A stretch of DNA of 64,000 nt from Piromyces finnis finn (taxonomy: Eukaryota; Fungi; Neocallimastigomycota), in the NCBI GenBank assembly GCA_002104945.1, contig MCFH01000044.1, positions 248,001 to 312,000 on the forward strand. The letters are read 5' to 3'. Shown piece after piece: positions 32,265-46,831 of the stretch. The notes beneath the pieces are model-generated. The model did not search any database and was not told the origin of the DNA. It saw nothing but the letters and a program-made list of their open reading frames with translations. The stretch's first letter is position 1; each line of letters opens with the position of its first letter. A program made the position numbers and the translations under genes.

Positions 32265-33244
32265 GTGCAAAAAATATCTAAATTTCTTCTTGGAAGAAGT
32301 TTTAACAATTCAAAAGAATGGAAAGAACTTTTAAGTGTCAAATTAAATCAGGCACTTATGAATTATAAAGGATATCCACTTCTGACGGTCATTGAAGAAC
32401 TCCTAGCCATCATACTAATAATTTATGATATTAGTCAAAAATGAATATTACTCAAAAAATAAAACGAAACAATAAGACAGACCAGTAGGATCAACCCAAT
32501 TAATGGTAATCATAATCTTGACAAAATTTAAACAAAGATTTTTAGTCCCATCTATTTGAAGTCAAATACAACTATATATAATAATATGAATAATATATTA
32601 ATAATAGTTGTCCATTTGCCAATTTTTTTATTTTAAAATAAATAACGGATGTAACTTTATGCAAAGAAATAATATGATAAACAATCGTATATTATTACAT
32701 TTTGGATTAGAAATAAAAGTCAAATAAAATAATTTAGTAATAATAAATCTTTAATATACACTAATATCATCAAAATATCCATATATATTTTGATATACGA
32801 AAATAAAAACATTTATCGATATTCAAACTCAATATATATTGTAGTGAATCTTAATTAACATAGAATATTTTTAAAATATTATTTCCATGATATTTAACTG
32901 TTATTTAGATTAATATAATTCAATGAAAAGCTAATGATATGGAAAAAAAATGCTAAAAATAAATATTAAAGTTCAATTATTTATTATAATACATATATAA
33001 TTTTATATCATATCATTTATTATTTCCATAGGTCATATTTTTATAATACTAATGTAAGAATAGTATAAATGAAAGAAAAATAGTTCAGTTAAATAGTTCA
33101 ATGATATAATAAAAATAAATATATAAAGCTCATAAAATCGAATTATATATTTATTTTAATTTCATATAATTGAACAAATTTCTCAAAAGTTTAAATATAT
33201 TAATTCAACTCTCAACTTAAATATCTAATAATAATTTTTTATAT

Positions 33245-33990
<746 letters not shown>

Positions 33991-35060
33991 TTTTTTTTTT
34001 TTTTGATTTTCTTATTATATATCACTTTTATGTTTTTAATATTAGAATTAATTTTAATATATGGTGTAACACAAAACCTTTTAATTTATATAAAAAATCA
34101 ATATATTAAAAATGTTAATTCAATTAAAACTCTTTATTTACATATAAAAATTATTAATTTACATAAACTAATGAATAGGCATACAACATACTTTTTTAAA
34201 GGAATTTAATACTAATTAAAGTTATAATAATATCATAAACACACATATTAACATATTAATTACAATATGTTAATATGTCATCAGAATTATATATATATTT
34301 ATTATTTATAATAATTATTTAATATATAAATATATATATATTTTTTTTGATAATATATCAAATAATTATAAATAAAATAATTATTAATAATAATATAATA
34401 AAATATATATTTAGAAAATAATAATATTGATTAAATAGATAATTAAAATTAATAAGAATATAATTTTTAGTATTATTAAAAAAGATATTAATATGGTAAT
34501 TAAGAATTTATTTTTTTTATTTTAATTATATATATTTATTCATTCTTTTTAACATGATAAAATATTACAAAGAAAAAGGCATAATAATGCTCAATAAGTT
34601 ATTTAGGCGATTATTTACATACTTTTAATTAAATACACCAATAACCTATATTTTGAATATATTGAATAAAGAAATAAAAATGTTTATACCGCCGTGTGTA
34701 ATACAATATAATATATTATAATTAATATTATTGAAAATCATAAAATTCTTTTATTAATTTAAATTATTGTATGGGAATAAAAAAATTTTTTTTTAAAAAA
34801 AAGTATTTTTTTTCTTTTTTTGTAAAAAAAAAAAAATCAAATTTTAAAATTTCGATAAATATAAAATATACAATATATTGAAATTATTGAAATTGATAAA
34901 TATATATAAATATTATAAATATAATATATATTATATCATAGATAAAATTTTAAAGAAAATAATAAAATAAATAATAATAATAAAAAAAAATTTAAAAAAA
35001 AATAAGCACATTATATATACAATATAGAAATAAAATTGAACAATAATGTATAAAAATATC

Positions 35061-35595
35061 ATGAAAATTAATCTAATTGTACACATATTATCCTCTTTAA
35101 TCTTATTAGGAGAGGCTAAAAAATTCAATTTTAATGTTATTTCAATTATGGGGGATAGTGTTTCTATTGCAGTAAAATATGGTAATAACATATTCCCATT
35201 AACAAGTTCAAGTTTTCCAGGTAAATAATTCTATACTATTTTTTTTATTTTACAATTTTGAAATACATGTAAACAAAATAAAATTTGTATCTAATTTTAA
35301 AATATTATATAATATAATATATATTTTTAATCTTACATTTGAAAATTTATTTGAATTAAAAATATTTTCATAACAAAAGTATTTACTAGTTCGATAGAAA
35401 CCGATAACATTAATCAATATAAATATGTTGCAATTGATAAAACCGGTCAACAAATAGATGAAGAAAATATTATTAGAACTTATTCAGAGAGTAATGTAAA
35501 AGAAATTTATAATAGGTAATTTTAATTCTTAAATTGAAGTAATTATATTGAAAATAGAAAATATATTATAATAAATAAATAAATAAATAAACAAA

Positions 35596-35626
<31 letters not shown>

Positions 35627-37263
35627 ATTAATAAATAAATAAATAAACAAATAAATAATAATTAAATATATATATTATCATTATATACATTTCTTTTAAA
35701 TTTATATTAAGACAACCAAAGAAAATTGAAATTCCAAAGCTTGATGAACCATTTAAGAGACAGTATAGTATGGGTTCTGACAAATTACAATCTTTACCGA
35801 ATAATGTAATTTATAATGTATATGCTAAATGTGATGAAGCTGGATATACAGATTTATCTTCTTTTCCTTTTATAGATGGTTCAGTTAATACAAATACTGT
35901 TAATTGTACTTTTAGTATAGTTACACCTGATTATCACTACAGTAGTACTGGTAATATTCATGTTCTTGGTTATGGTAGTCGTACCTATAGAAAATTATCT
36001 TGGGGTATTAAATTTGATAAAAAATTCATGGGAAGAAAAGCTGTTAAATTAAGAGCTATGGCTTCTGATCCTACTCTTATTCGTGAAAAACTTTCAATTG
36101 AATTATACAAGTCTGTTGGTGTTCCAGTTCAGGAAGGTACTTACGCACGTCTTATCATAAATAATGATGTATATGGTTTATATTTGATTATTGATAGTAT
36201 CAGTAGTAAATGGGTAAAGGCTTATATTCATGGTGATGATAAAGCTAAACTTGGCGTTTCATATAAAATGTACTCTTGTCATCCAAGTGGTCCATTTGCT
36301 GATTTAAAATATATCGATGATAATTATGAAACCTACAGGGACTATGGTTCCTATAAATTAGATGAATTTGATGAATTAGAAGCAAAAGATGAACCATCAC
36401 AATGGAGTCGTTTAGTAGACTTTATTAAGTTATTTGATAATTGGGTAAAAACATATGACAATGATACTTCCGATAAGGCTGTTGAAGAGCTTAAAAAATT
36501 CCTTAATATTGAATCTTTACTTAGAATGTTAGTTGTTGATTCATTAATTGTTGGTATAGATAACTTCTATCTTTATAATAGTAATGCTGCTCTTTATTAT
36601 AATCCACAAAGGAATAATTATCAATTTATTCCATATGACTTTGATCAAACATTAATTGGTACTAAGGGTAGTCCAGATCTTGATAGTGAAAACTTTATGA
36701 GTGATTGCATTACATGGGTTAATTATAATGATAATGAAATCTTTGACCATTTTTTCACCAAGAGTATATTAAAACATCCACAAATTAAGAAAAGATATGA
36801 TATTATTTTAGCCAAGGCTGTTACTGAAACTTATAATGGAAATAAAGTTCATGCTTTTGTTCATGCTCTAGCTGATTTAATTAGAGATGATGTTTCTTGG
36901 AATTTTGAATTAATTAATTCTTTGAATATTGGTTATAAGGACAGTGATAAAAACTCGTTTGTTAATCATTTTACTCTTCAAAATTTTGAAGGTAACATCG
37001 ATTATGAACATGTCGGTTATGATGGCAATAGTTATGATGATGCCAACTACGGTATTCAAGCTTTTGTTGATGCTAGAGGTGAAAAATGTAAAGCTTACAC
37101 TGCAAATGTTGACACTTCTGATAATACTAACATTTCAGATGACTATAATGACGTTAAAGTTCCAAAAGCTTCTTCATCATCATCTTTAAGTTTCACTTCT
37201 AATACCACACGTATATCCTTACTATTCCTTTTATCTCAATTTATTATATATCTCATTTTATAA
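35061..37263 (+). CDS. cotH: CotH-family kinase paralog 4. Three exons: 35061-35220, 35380-35515, 35712-37263 (616 codons); intron 1 absent
   Basis: GYGSRTYRKLSW, RAMASDPTLIREK, GIDNFYLYNSN and PYDFD. The first exon runs continuously from signal peptide into N-domain (LLGEAKKFNFNVIS) and is 160 nt, equal to the usual 55+105. Confidence 0.9.
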
Positions 37264-38527
37264 TTTAATTATAATTAAAATTAAAAAAAAAAAATTAAAA
37301 CAAAAAGAAAAAATAAATAAAAAAATAAATAAAAGAAAAAAAAAAAAGGAATCTTAAAGAATTAAGATATAATACATATATTAAAATTATTACTATTTAT
37401 TTACTTTATATAAAAACCAAAAACAAATTCAATTTTAAGAGAAAGAAACAAAAAAACACCTTCAAATTAGTAATAAAAAATTAATCAAATAAATAGATAT
37501 AATTTTTAATCAAGTTTTTATTTTTTATTCTTTTAAACACATTGATTCATTTACTAATAAGTTTTATATAGTTTAATAACTATATCATATTCATATTCAT
37601 AATAAGAAAATTTTTTAAAACCAAATAAGTATTTTATGTATTTATTTACATAATTATAATATGGAGAAATTATTATTTAATTAGATATGTAAAATTTAAA
37701 TTATATAATCTAAAATAAATACCCGTTATAATAATGCTATTTCTTTTAAAGAAAAATTATTAATATTTTTTCTTTTTTATTTTCTCTCTCTCTTTTTTTT
37801 TTTAACAGATAAAAATTAACAAAAAAAAAAAAAAAAAAAAATTAATATGAAATTATTAATTAATTTTGAAATTTTTGGAAAAAATATTTTTTTTTTTTTC
37901 ATTTTACATACTTTATTCTATATAGTAGTGGGATAATCCTATAATAAAACTAAATTTTTGTAAAAGGTATTTATATTTAAATTAATTACTTTCTACACTA
38001 AGCACAATGTTTTTGGATTAATACAATAATATTATTACCGCCGGAGCTGCTCCTACTAATAATAATAAAAATAATTTTAAACTGTAAATACTATTAAATT
38101 GACTGTTTTTGTAATATTTTATGGACATTTTTGTTTTTAATATCTAATTGTTACACAACCATTAAGATTGAACGAATTAATAATTACACAATTTATAAAT
38201 TTTTAATTATATTTTTGATATAACCAATAGTATTTGATATATTTCAATATGTAAAATAAAGTCTAAGTTTTATTATAAATTTTCTTTAACAAATAAAAAA
38301 AAAAATAAATATTTTATTTTTATTAGTAAATTAATGTTTAAAAATTATTGATAGAAAGTAAAAATAAAATAGAAGTAAAAATAATAAAAAATATAATAAA
38401 ATATAATAAAATATAATAAAATATAATAAAATCATTTATTTTTGACAAAATAAATAAATGATTTAAAAAAAGTTAGAAATAAACAAACAAACAAACAAAC
38501 AATCAAACAAATAAATAAATAATTAAA

Positions 38528-40825
38528 ATGAAAATAAGTTCATTTGGTTTATCTCTAGCTTCATTATTTGCTTTAGTAAATGGTAAATATAATAATATTA
38601 ATGAAAATAAAAAAAACTACAAGATTAATACTTGTTAATTATAAAAAATTTTAAATTTAAAATTCTACTTTTATATTTATTAAATATATATTTTTTTTCG
38701 ATATAAATAGCAAAGAATTATAATTTCAATGTTGTTTCAATTTTAGGAGAAGGCTATTCATTGGGTGTTAAGTTTAATAATGAAATTAAACCATTAAATC
38801 CAGTATTATTTCCTTGTATGTATATAATATGCTTTTTTATATTTTAATGATTATTTAAATATTATATATATTATATTTAGTTAAAAATATTCTTTAATTA
38901 TAACATTATTAGTATATTTTATAATGACAATATATTAAAATATATATATTAATTATATGATAATTTTATTTTTTTTAAAAACTGTTTCATTATAAAAAAC
39001 AACTTAATAATAAATTTAAATTTTCAAAGTGTTTAATGGAACTGTAGTTTCTGATGATGATATAAAAGAGTATAAATATGTTGCTCTTAATCAACAAAAT
39101 CAAATTATAGAAGAAGAAAGTATTACGAGAACTTACTCAGATGAAATTTCAAAGATAAACGAAGTATATAATAGGTAAATTTTTAATTTATTATAGAATT
39201 AGAAATAAAAGCATTTATATAATTTTAAATAATACTAATATAGTTATTTATAAAGAAAAAATAAATATATTGAGGTTCCAGAATTACCAGAGCCATTAAA
39301 ACCAATGTTTAGAATGGGTGCTGAAAAATTTAAACCAATTCCAAACAATTTAATTTATAATTTTTATGCAAAGTGTGATAACAAAAATTATACTTTTGTT
39401 TCAGATGAGCCATTTGTGAGAGCTACTGGCTCAAGCAACAAAATTGATGTTAATTGTACTTTCACTATAATATCTTCTGAAGATACTTTCCAAAGTGATG
39501 GTACTATTCATTTAATTGGTTGGGGTAGTCGTCAATATAAGAAATTATCATGGGCTGTAAAATTAAATAAGAAATTTATGGGTAGAAAAGCCTTTAAGCT
39601 TAGAGCAGTTGCTAATGAACCAACTCTTATTCGTGAAAGACTTGCTGAAGAATTATATAACGCTGCTGGTGTTCCTGCACAACAGGGTACATATGCCAGA
39701 GTTTTTATTAATGATGATACCTATGGTTTATATACTTTGGTTGATAGCTTTAGTAAAAAATGGATCGCCGGTACAGTTCATGGTGATCCAAAGGCCGAAA
39801 TTGGTGTTTCATATAAGTTATATGTACGAGGTAGAATATGTTCCAATTTTACTTATTTAGGAGAAGATTATAAAGAATATGTTAGAGTTGGTACTTATAG
39901 GCTTGATGAATTTGACAAAAGGGTTATTAATCCAGAAAACGAACCTGCAAAGTGGCAACCTTTAATTAGATTTACTAAATTGTTTTCTAATTGGCGAATG
40001 AGATATGGAAATGATAATAGTGATTTGGCTATTCAAGAACTTGGTAAATTCTTGAATATTGAATCTCTTTTAAGATTAATGGCTATTGAAACCTTGACTG
40101 CTGCATTTGATAATTTCTGGCTTTATAGTAGTAATGCTGCTCTTTATTATAATCCAGAAAGAGATAACTATCAATTTATTTCATATGATTATGATCAGTC
40201 TTTAGGAGGTTGGAAATTTGATGATGTAATTAAGCACGATATTCTTACCGAGGATTGTATCACTTGGGCTCATCCTGATGATACGCTCATTGATCACTCG
40301 TTTATTAACAGTATATTAAGTCATCCGCAAATTATTCAAAGATACAATGTTATCCTAGCCAAAATCTCAAGAGAAACTTTTAATCCTGATACTGTATTTA
40401 AATTTGTAGATTCTCTTGCCGAGTTAATTCGTGATGATGTTGAATGGAATTTCCAATCTATAGATAGATTAAATATTCAATACGATGGAGATGTTAACCA
40501 TTACACTATTGAGGATTTCGAAAATAATCTTGGTTACACTCCAATTCAAAATATGACTACCTATAGAATTGATAACACTCCATATGGTCTTAAAGATTGG
40601 ATTCAAAAAAAAGGTGATGGTTGTAGATATTATACTAGTAACATTGATACCAGTAACGATGTTAATATATCAGATGATTATGAAATTGAAGTGTATAGAG
40701 ATCCTAAAATTCATGGAAAATTTAGTTCCAAGAGTGATTCTATCTTATTTAGTTCAGGTAAATCTGCCATTCCTTCTTCCATTTTAATTCTTTTTGTTGT
40801 TATTCAACTCTTCTTTATATTATAA
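38528..40825 (+). CDS. cotH: CotH-family kinase paralog 5. Exons 38528-38582, 38711-38815, 39030-39174, 39256-40825 (625 codons)
   Basis: GWGSRQYKKLSW, RAVANEPTLIRER, AFDNFWLYSSN and SYDYD, plus signal peptide and hydrophobic tail. Confidence 0.9.
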
Positions 40826-41181
40826 CAATTTTAATGATAAATTAAATTAATATATAGCACCATTCTACATATACATATTTTTAAAAAGAGTAATAACAAT
40901 GAATGGAAAAAATAAATTAAATTATTTTACAAATATATATATATATGTATAGAATTGTGTTTTATTAACTGTATAAATTATAAAAAATAAAAGAATATTT
41001 AAATTTTAATAATTAATATAAAGAACATAAAGAAAAAATGTAATAATTATATAAATAACAATAGTAACTACATTATAAAACAATAAATATATATAATTAT
41101 AATTATATGAAATTTTATTGTATTTTATTAAGATGAAAAAACTAAAAATTGTATAAAAAATAAAAAATAAAAAATAAAAAA

Positions 41182-41290
<109 letters not shown>

Positions 41291-42113
41291 AGCTCTCTAA
41301 CAAAACAAAAGTATCCTCAAATAACAAATATGAAATATATTTGCTATGAATTATCGTTAACTTTGTGAAATAGATAGACATGATTTAAATCAATACAAAT
41401 TGAATATTAAAAACAATTTTTCTTATATTGAATATTATAAAGATGAATAATATGAAAATGCAGGTTTTGATACAATATTATTTATATAAAAATGGCTTTC
41501 TTCAAAAGTTTTAAATCTATTAAAATTAATCCCTTTTACATTTCAAATATTGAATTGAATTGATATTTGAAAATTCTTCATATCCAACCATAATAAGTAT
41601 TTTTAATGTATAAAAATTTTTTTTAAGTTTTATTTTTTTTTCTTTTTTTGGAATTATATTTCTATATATAAATTAATATAATCTCGATAATATATTATTG
41701 TATACATACATTTTTGAAATGTATCTGGTAATGTTACACATAAAAATGGCTAAAAAGTAAGTTATTAATATATTAAATGTTGCTTTAATATATAACAATA
41801 TATATAAGTATTGATAAAATTATTATTTAAATAAGTAATTAAATAATACCATAAAAATATTAATTAAATTTTGGATAAATAAAAAAAAATAATATAATGT
41901 ATAATATATTCAATACATTCATTAATAAAATTTTCCAAAATTTTAAAGAATTTTTTTTTGTTACTTTGATATTTTAGTTTAATTTTCAAATTAATTGTAT
42001 TTTAGTAATATTATTAATATTACAATTATTATAATTGAAATAGAAATACATTATATATAGAAATTATTTATAAAATATTATAAAGATCTCATATTATATT
42101 TAAAAAAAAAAAA

Positions 42114-44378
42114 ATGAGAATAAGATTGATTGGATTATCTATACTAGTCGCTTATGTCCGAGGTAAAAAGCTTAATTATATTAATGCAATATATGTTATA
42201 TATAAAATTTAAATCAATCTACATGCTTTTTTTTTTTTTTTAAAAAAAAACATCAACAACAACAACTCATATTATATTTATATGCATAAAAATAAAGAGA
42301 CAACCTCTATTTATAAAAAATTTATACATTTATATAAGAAAGTTTTTAAAATTAATACAATTTATTAATTACTTTTAAATATATTTATGGCATATTTTAA
42401 CATATAGCAAATAAATACAATTTTAATGTTGTTTCTCTTACTCCAAATAAAAATTCATTATGTGTAAAATGGAATAATAATGTTCAATTATTAACATCTA
42501 GCATAAAGCCATGTAAGTGTTTATATAGATTACATAAATCAAGAATAATAAATTTATACCCTTTTTTTATTTAATATAATAAATGTAAATTATTTAGTAT
42601 TTACTGGTACTGTTGATACTGATAAGCTTGATAAATATAAGTATGTAATATGTAATGAATCTGGTGAAATTATAGAAGAAGAAAATTTTGAAAGAACATA
42701 TAGTGAAGAAAGTTCTAAAACAAATGAAGTTTATAATAGGTATATTATTTTAAAATTAATATATATATATTATTTTAATATAAAAGGTGTAAAATGAATA
42801 TTATATTTATAAATTTTTTGTTTCCTTACCATTTTTTAATTTTTATTTTTTAATGAAATAAGAAAAACAAAAAAGGTAACTATCCCTGAATTTCCAGAAC
42901 CATTTAAACCAATGTTTAAAATGAGCTCTAAGAAATTTCAACCATTTCCAAAAGATACTATTTACAATGTTTATGCTGAATGTGATGAAGAAGGATACAA
43001 TAATTTAATTAATACACCATTTATTGAAGAATATGAACCCAATCAATTAAAAATTAATTGTACAATGAGTATTATTTCTCCTGATAATGCATATAAAAGT
43101 ACTGGTTTAATGCATTTATTAGGTTTTGGTAGTCGTAGATATAGAAAGTTATCTTGGTCTATGAAATTTGATAAAAAATTCTTAGGTAGAAAATCTATTA
43201 AGTTAAGAGGTGTAGCTAATGATCCAACACTTATGCGTGAAAATCTTTCCATTGAATTATTTAAATCTGCTGGTGTACCTGTTCAATCTGGTACTTATGC
43301 TAGATTAATCATTAATGGCGATGTTTATGGTTTATACCACATGATTGATAGTCTTAATGGTAATTGGCTTGCTAATTGTATTCATGGTGATAATAAAGCT
43401 CAAATTGGTTTTTCGTATAATATTGTTTCATCTCCTGTTGAAGGTCCATATGCTGAATTAAAATATTTAGGTGATAGTTATGATAAATACAGTACTGGTA
43501 TCTATGAAGTCGATGAATACGATAAAAATACTGTAAAATCTGATGATGAACCTGCTAAATGGAAACATTTAATTGAGTTTACTAAATTATATGATAATTG
43601 GGTCAAAAATTACGGTGATGATACTTCAGATAAGGCCATTGAAGAACTTAAAAAGTTTTTTAATATTGAATCTGTACTTAGATTAATGGCAGTTGAGTCT
43701 TTAATTCTTGCTTTAGATAATTTTTGGTTAGTTATGAGTAATGCAGCACTTTACTACAATCCAGAAAGAAAAAATTATCAAATTCTTCCATTCGATTTTG
43801 ATGAAGTTATGTCTGGTGATAGGGATTCAGTATTAATTGATCATGATACTTATATGAATGATTGTGGCAACTGGGCTCATAATAATGATAAATTTTTTGA
43901 TCATTACTTTACAAAGAATTTAATGAAGCATCCACAAATTAAGGAAAGATATGATGTCATTATTGCTAAACTTAGTAGAGAAACTTATACTCCAGATCAA
44001 GTTTCTTTTTATGTACATGCAATTTCTGATTTAATTAAAGATGATATTGAATGGAATTTTAAAGCTATTGATAATTTAGACTTTTATGAAGATGGTTTAG
44101 CTAACCACTTTACTTTAAAAGAGTTTGAAGGTAATCTTGATAAAACTCCAGTAGATTATGACTCTTCCAAGAATAGTAATGATGCACCATATGGTATTGT
44201 TCAATGGGCGGAATTAAGAAGTAATGGTTGTAAGGAGTATACAAAATCTACCGATACTAGTAATAATTCAAACATTTCTGATGACGTTGACATTTCTGGA
44301 TCTCAAACTTCCATGGCTATAACAATTACTACCTTAATTATATTAGCTATTCAATGTCTTCATTTTATTTTATTTTAA
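42114..44378 (+). CDS. cotH: CotH-family kinase paralog 6. Exons 42114-42162, 42408-42512, 42598-42739, 42863-44378 (604 codons)
   Basis: GFGSRRYRKLSW, RGVANDPTLMREN, ALDNFWLVMSN and PFDFD, plus signal peptide and hydrophobic tail. Confidence 0.9.
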
Positions 44379-46831
44379 TTGAAAATAAATTTTATTTTCA
44401 AAGTATTAATTGATATGCTTTAGTTATAAATAATGGTGATAAAAAAAAAAGATGTAAAATCATTATTCTATATATATAGAATAAATTTATTTTATAATTA
44501 TTATTATATATAATTTTTAATAACTATTTATACTTTTATTTTACTTTGATTTATTAGAATAATTTACAATAATATACAACATACTATTTGAGATTAATTA
44601 TTATTAATGATTATAATAACCTTTACAGTAAAATATGTATATGTATTAATTTTTTTATGATTTTTTATATATTTTATAAATATTTTTATAGCATTCAATT
44701 TATCAAATAATGTTATTAAAATAATAATAATAAAAATAAAAAAGTAAAAATAAAAAAATAAACAAAAAATAAAAATTTAATTTATTTTTAAAAAACTTTT
44801 TAAGTTTTCGTTTGTGAATAACTGTAAATAAATGAAATAATATTTAAAAAAGAAAATGTATATAATATTTATATATTTATATAAGATTTATTAGCCTTTT
44901 TTTTCTATTTTTTGAATGGCTTAAAAACTAATTATTACAATAATATTTATTTTGATCCTTAAAAAATTAAAAAATGAAAACAAAACAATTTCACTTTTAT
45001 ATTATCTTTTTTTTTTTTATAGAAAAATGAATAGAAAAATGAGAATTCAATATTAAAGAGAGTAAAATTATAAATTGAATTTTTGATTAAAAAATAATTT
45101 TTTAAATGGTGGATATTACTTATTGTAATAAATTCATATAGTTTTAATATTATATTATTATATATAAAAGAATTGTGATAAACTATAGTTTTAACTATAA
45201 TTATTAATAATAACTTCTATGAATAAAATAATTCATTGAAATTATTCATAATAAGAAAATAAATATATAAATATTTATATTTATGGGAATAAAAATATAG
45301 GTATTTATAAGTTGCATAAGGGTTTAATTTTTTTTATTATTTATCATATTGAAAATAATTAAAAAAGAACAATGGTATAATATTATGAATATATTATTAC
45401 TAAAACCCTTAATTATAATAATTATTTATAATATCTATAATAATAAATATATTAGAAGAAGAAAAAAAGTACAGAAATAAAAAATTAATATTTTTTATCT
45501 TTTATTTTAATACCCATATTTCTAGAAAGATGAGGTTAAGCTAAAATTTATTAAAAAAAAAATTATTCATATATTAAAGTATAGATAGCATATATAATTT
45601 TTTTTTTTTTTTTAATATACTAATTTCACTTCTTGGCTAGCTTATTTTAAAATAATAAATAGTTAAATAAATAATTTTTTTTGTAAAAAGATAAAAAAAA
45701 TTAATATAATAAGCCAATAGAAACTCTGGAATATTTAATTATTCTTTTTTTTTAACAATTTGTATTTTCCATTGATTTTAATTAATTAAAGATAGAAATG
45801 TTTATTTTTTATTAGTAAAAATATTTACTACTTAATTTTTGAATAGCAAATATTTAAAATATAAATTATATAATAATATTATATTATATTATTTAAAAAA
45901 GGTCTTTTAAAAAATATTGACTTTATTTAATAAAATGAACACTTAAACATTTCTAAATATTTTTTAATATTCTTTTTTTTTTTATATATTTAATAAATTC
46001 AATTATTTTTTTTAATTTATTTTTAATTTACTATTATTTTTAATGTTTTAAAAATCTTTTTTTTGTTGTTGTTTTTTTTATTTCTTTTATCTTTATAAAT
46101 ACAAATGCTTTTTCTTTGAATGTTAAAAAGAAAGAAAAGTGACATTTATAAAATTAATAAATATCTAAAAAAGAAACTATCTTGTGAATGTTATAAATTC
46201 TGGAAATATCATTTTAACATTTTTGTCATTAATTATAGAATTATTTTAATATTCAATAAAGTTTTGCTTTTTTCAAATAATTAATATTAAAAAGGTATCA
46301 TTGTGATTATATTTTATATGCCACATAAAAATGTTAATACTATGAATTTAGATATATTTTTATCATATATATTTATATAGTAAGAGTAAGTGATAAAGCC
46401 ACATTACTTGAATATAGAAAAAGAGAATTTTGTGTATTAATGATTTGTACTACAAAAATATATTTATGTTAAAAAAAATGAAAAATGAAAAGGGTTACAA
46501 TATATATTTTATATATTAAGATATATATATAATTAATATTAAATAATATATAAGAATAATTAATATTATAATAAATAATTTTTTATTTTTTTATTATATA
46601 AATAAGTTTATTTCCTTTTTTTTTTTCAATAAAATAAAAAAAAAAATAAATAAAAAATATATAAAACAAATTAAAATATTAAATGAAAAAATCAATTAAT
46701 TAATCAATATAAAATAATAAAAACTTCATAATTAATGTACTTCAATTAAATAAATAAAAGAGAAAACATAATAAAGATTTATTATAGAATATTAAAAAAA
46801 AAAAAAAAAAAAAAAGAATATATAGCTGATA

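Noticed and set aside
32480-32510. NWVDPTGL on the minus strand, resembling the RHS/YD-repeat DPxGL cleavage motif
   Set aside because: The preceding Y.Y..NNP motif and any RHS core are missing and the frame stops a few codons later. Treated as coincidence.
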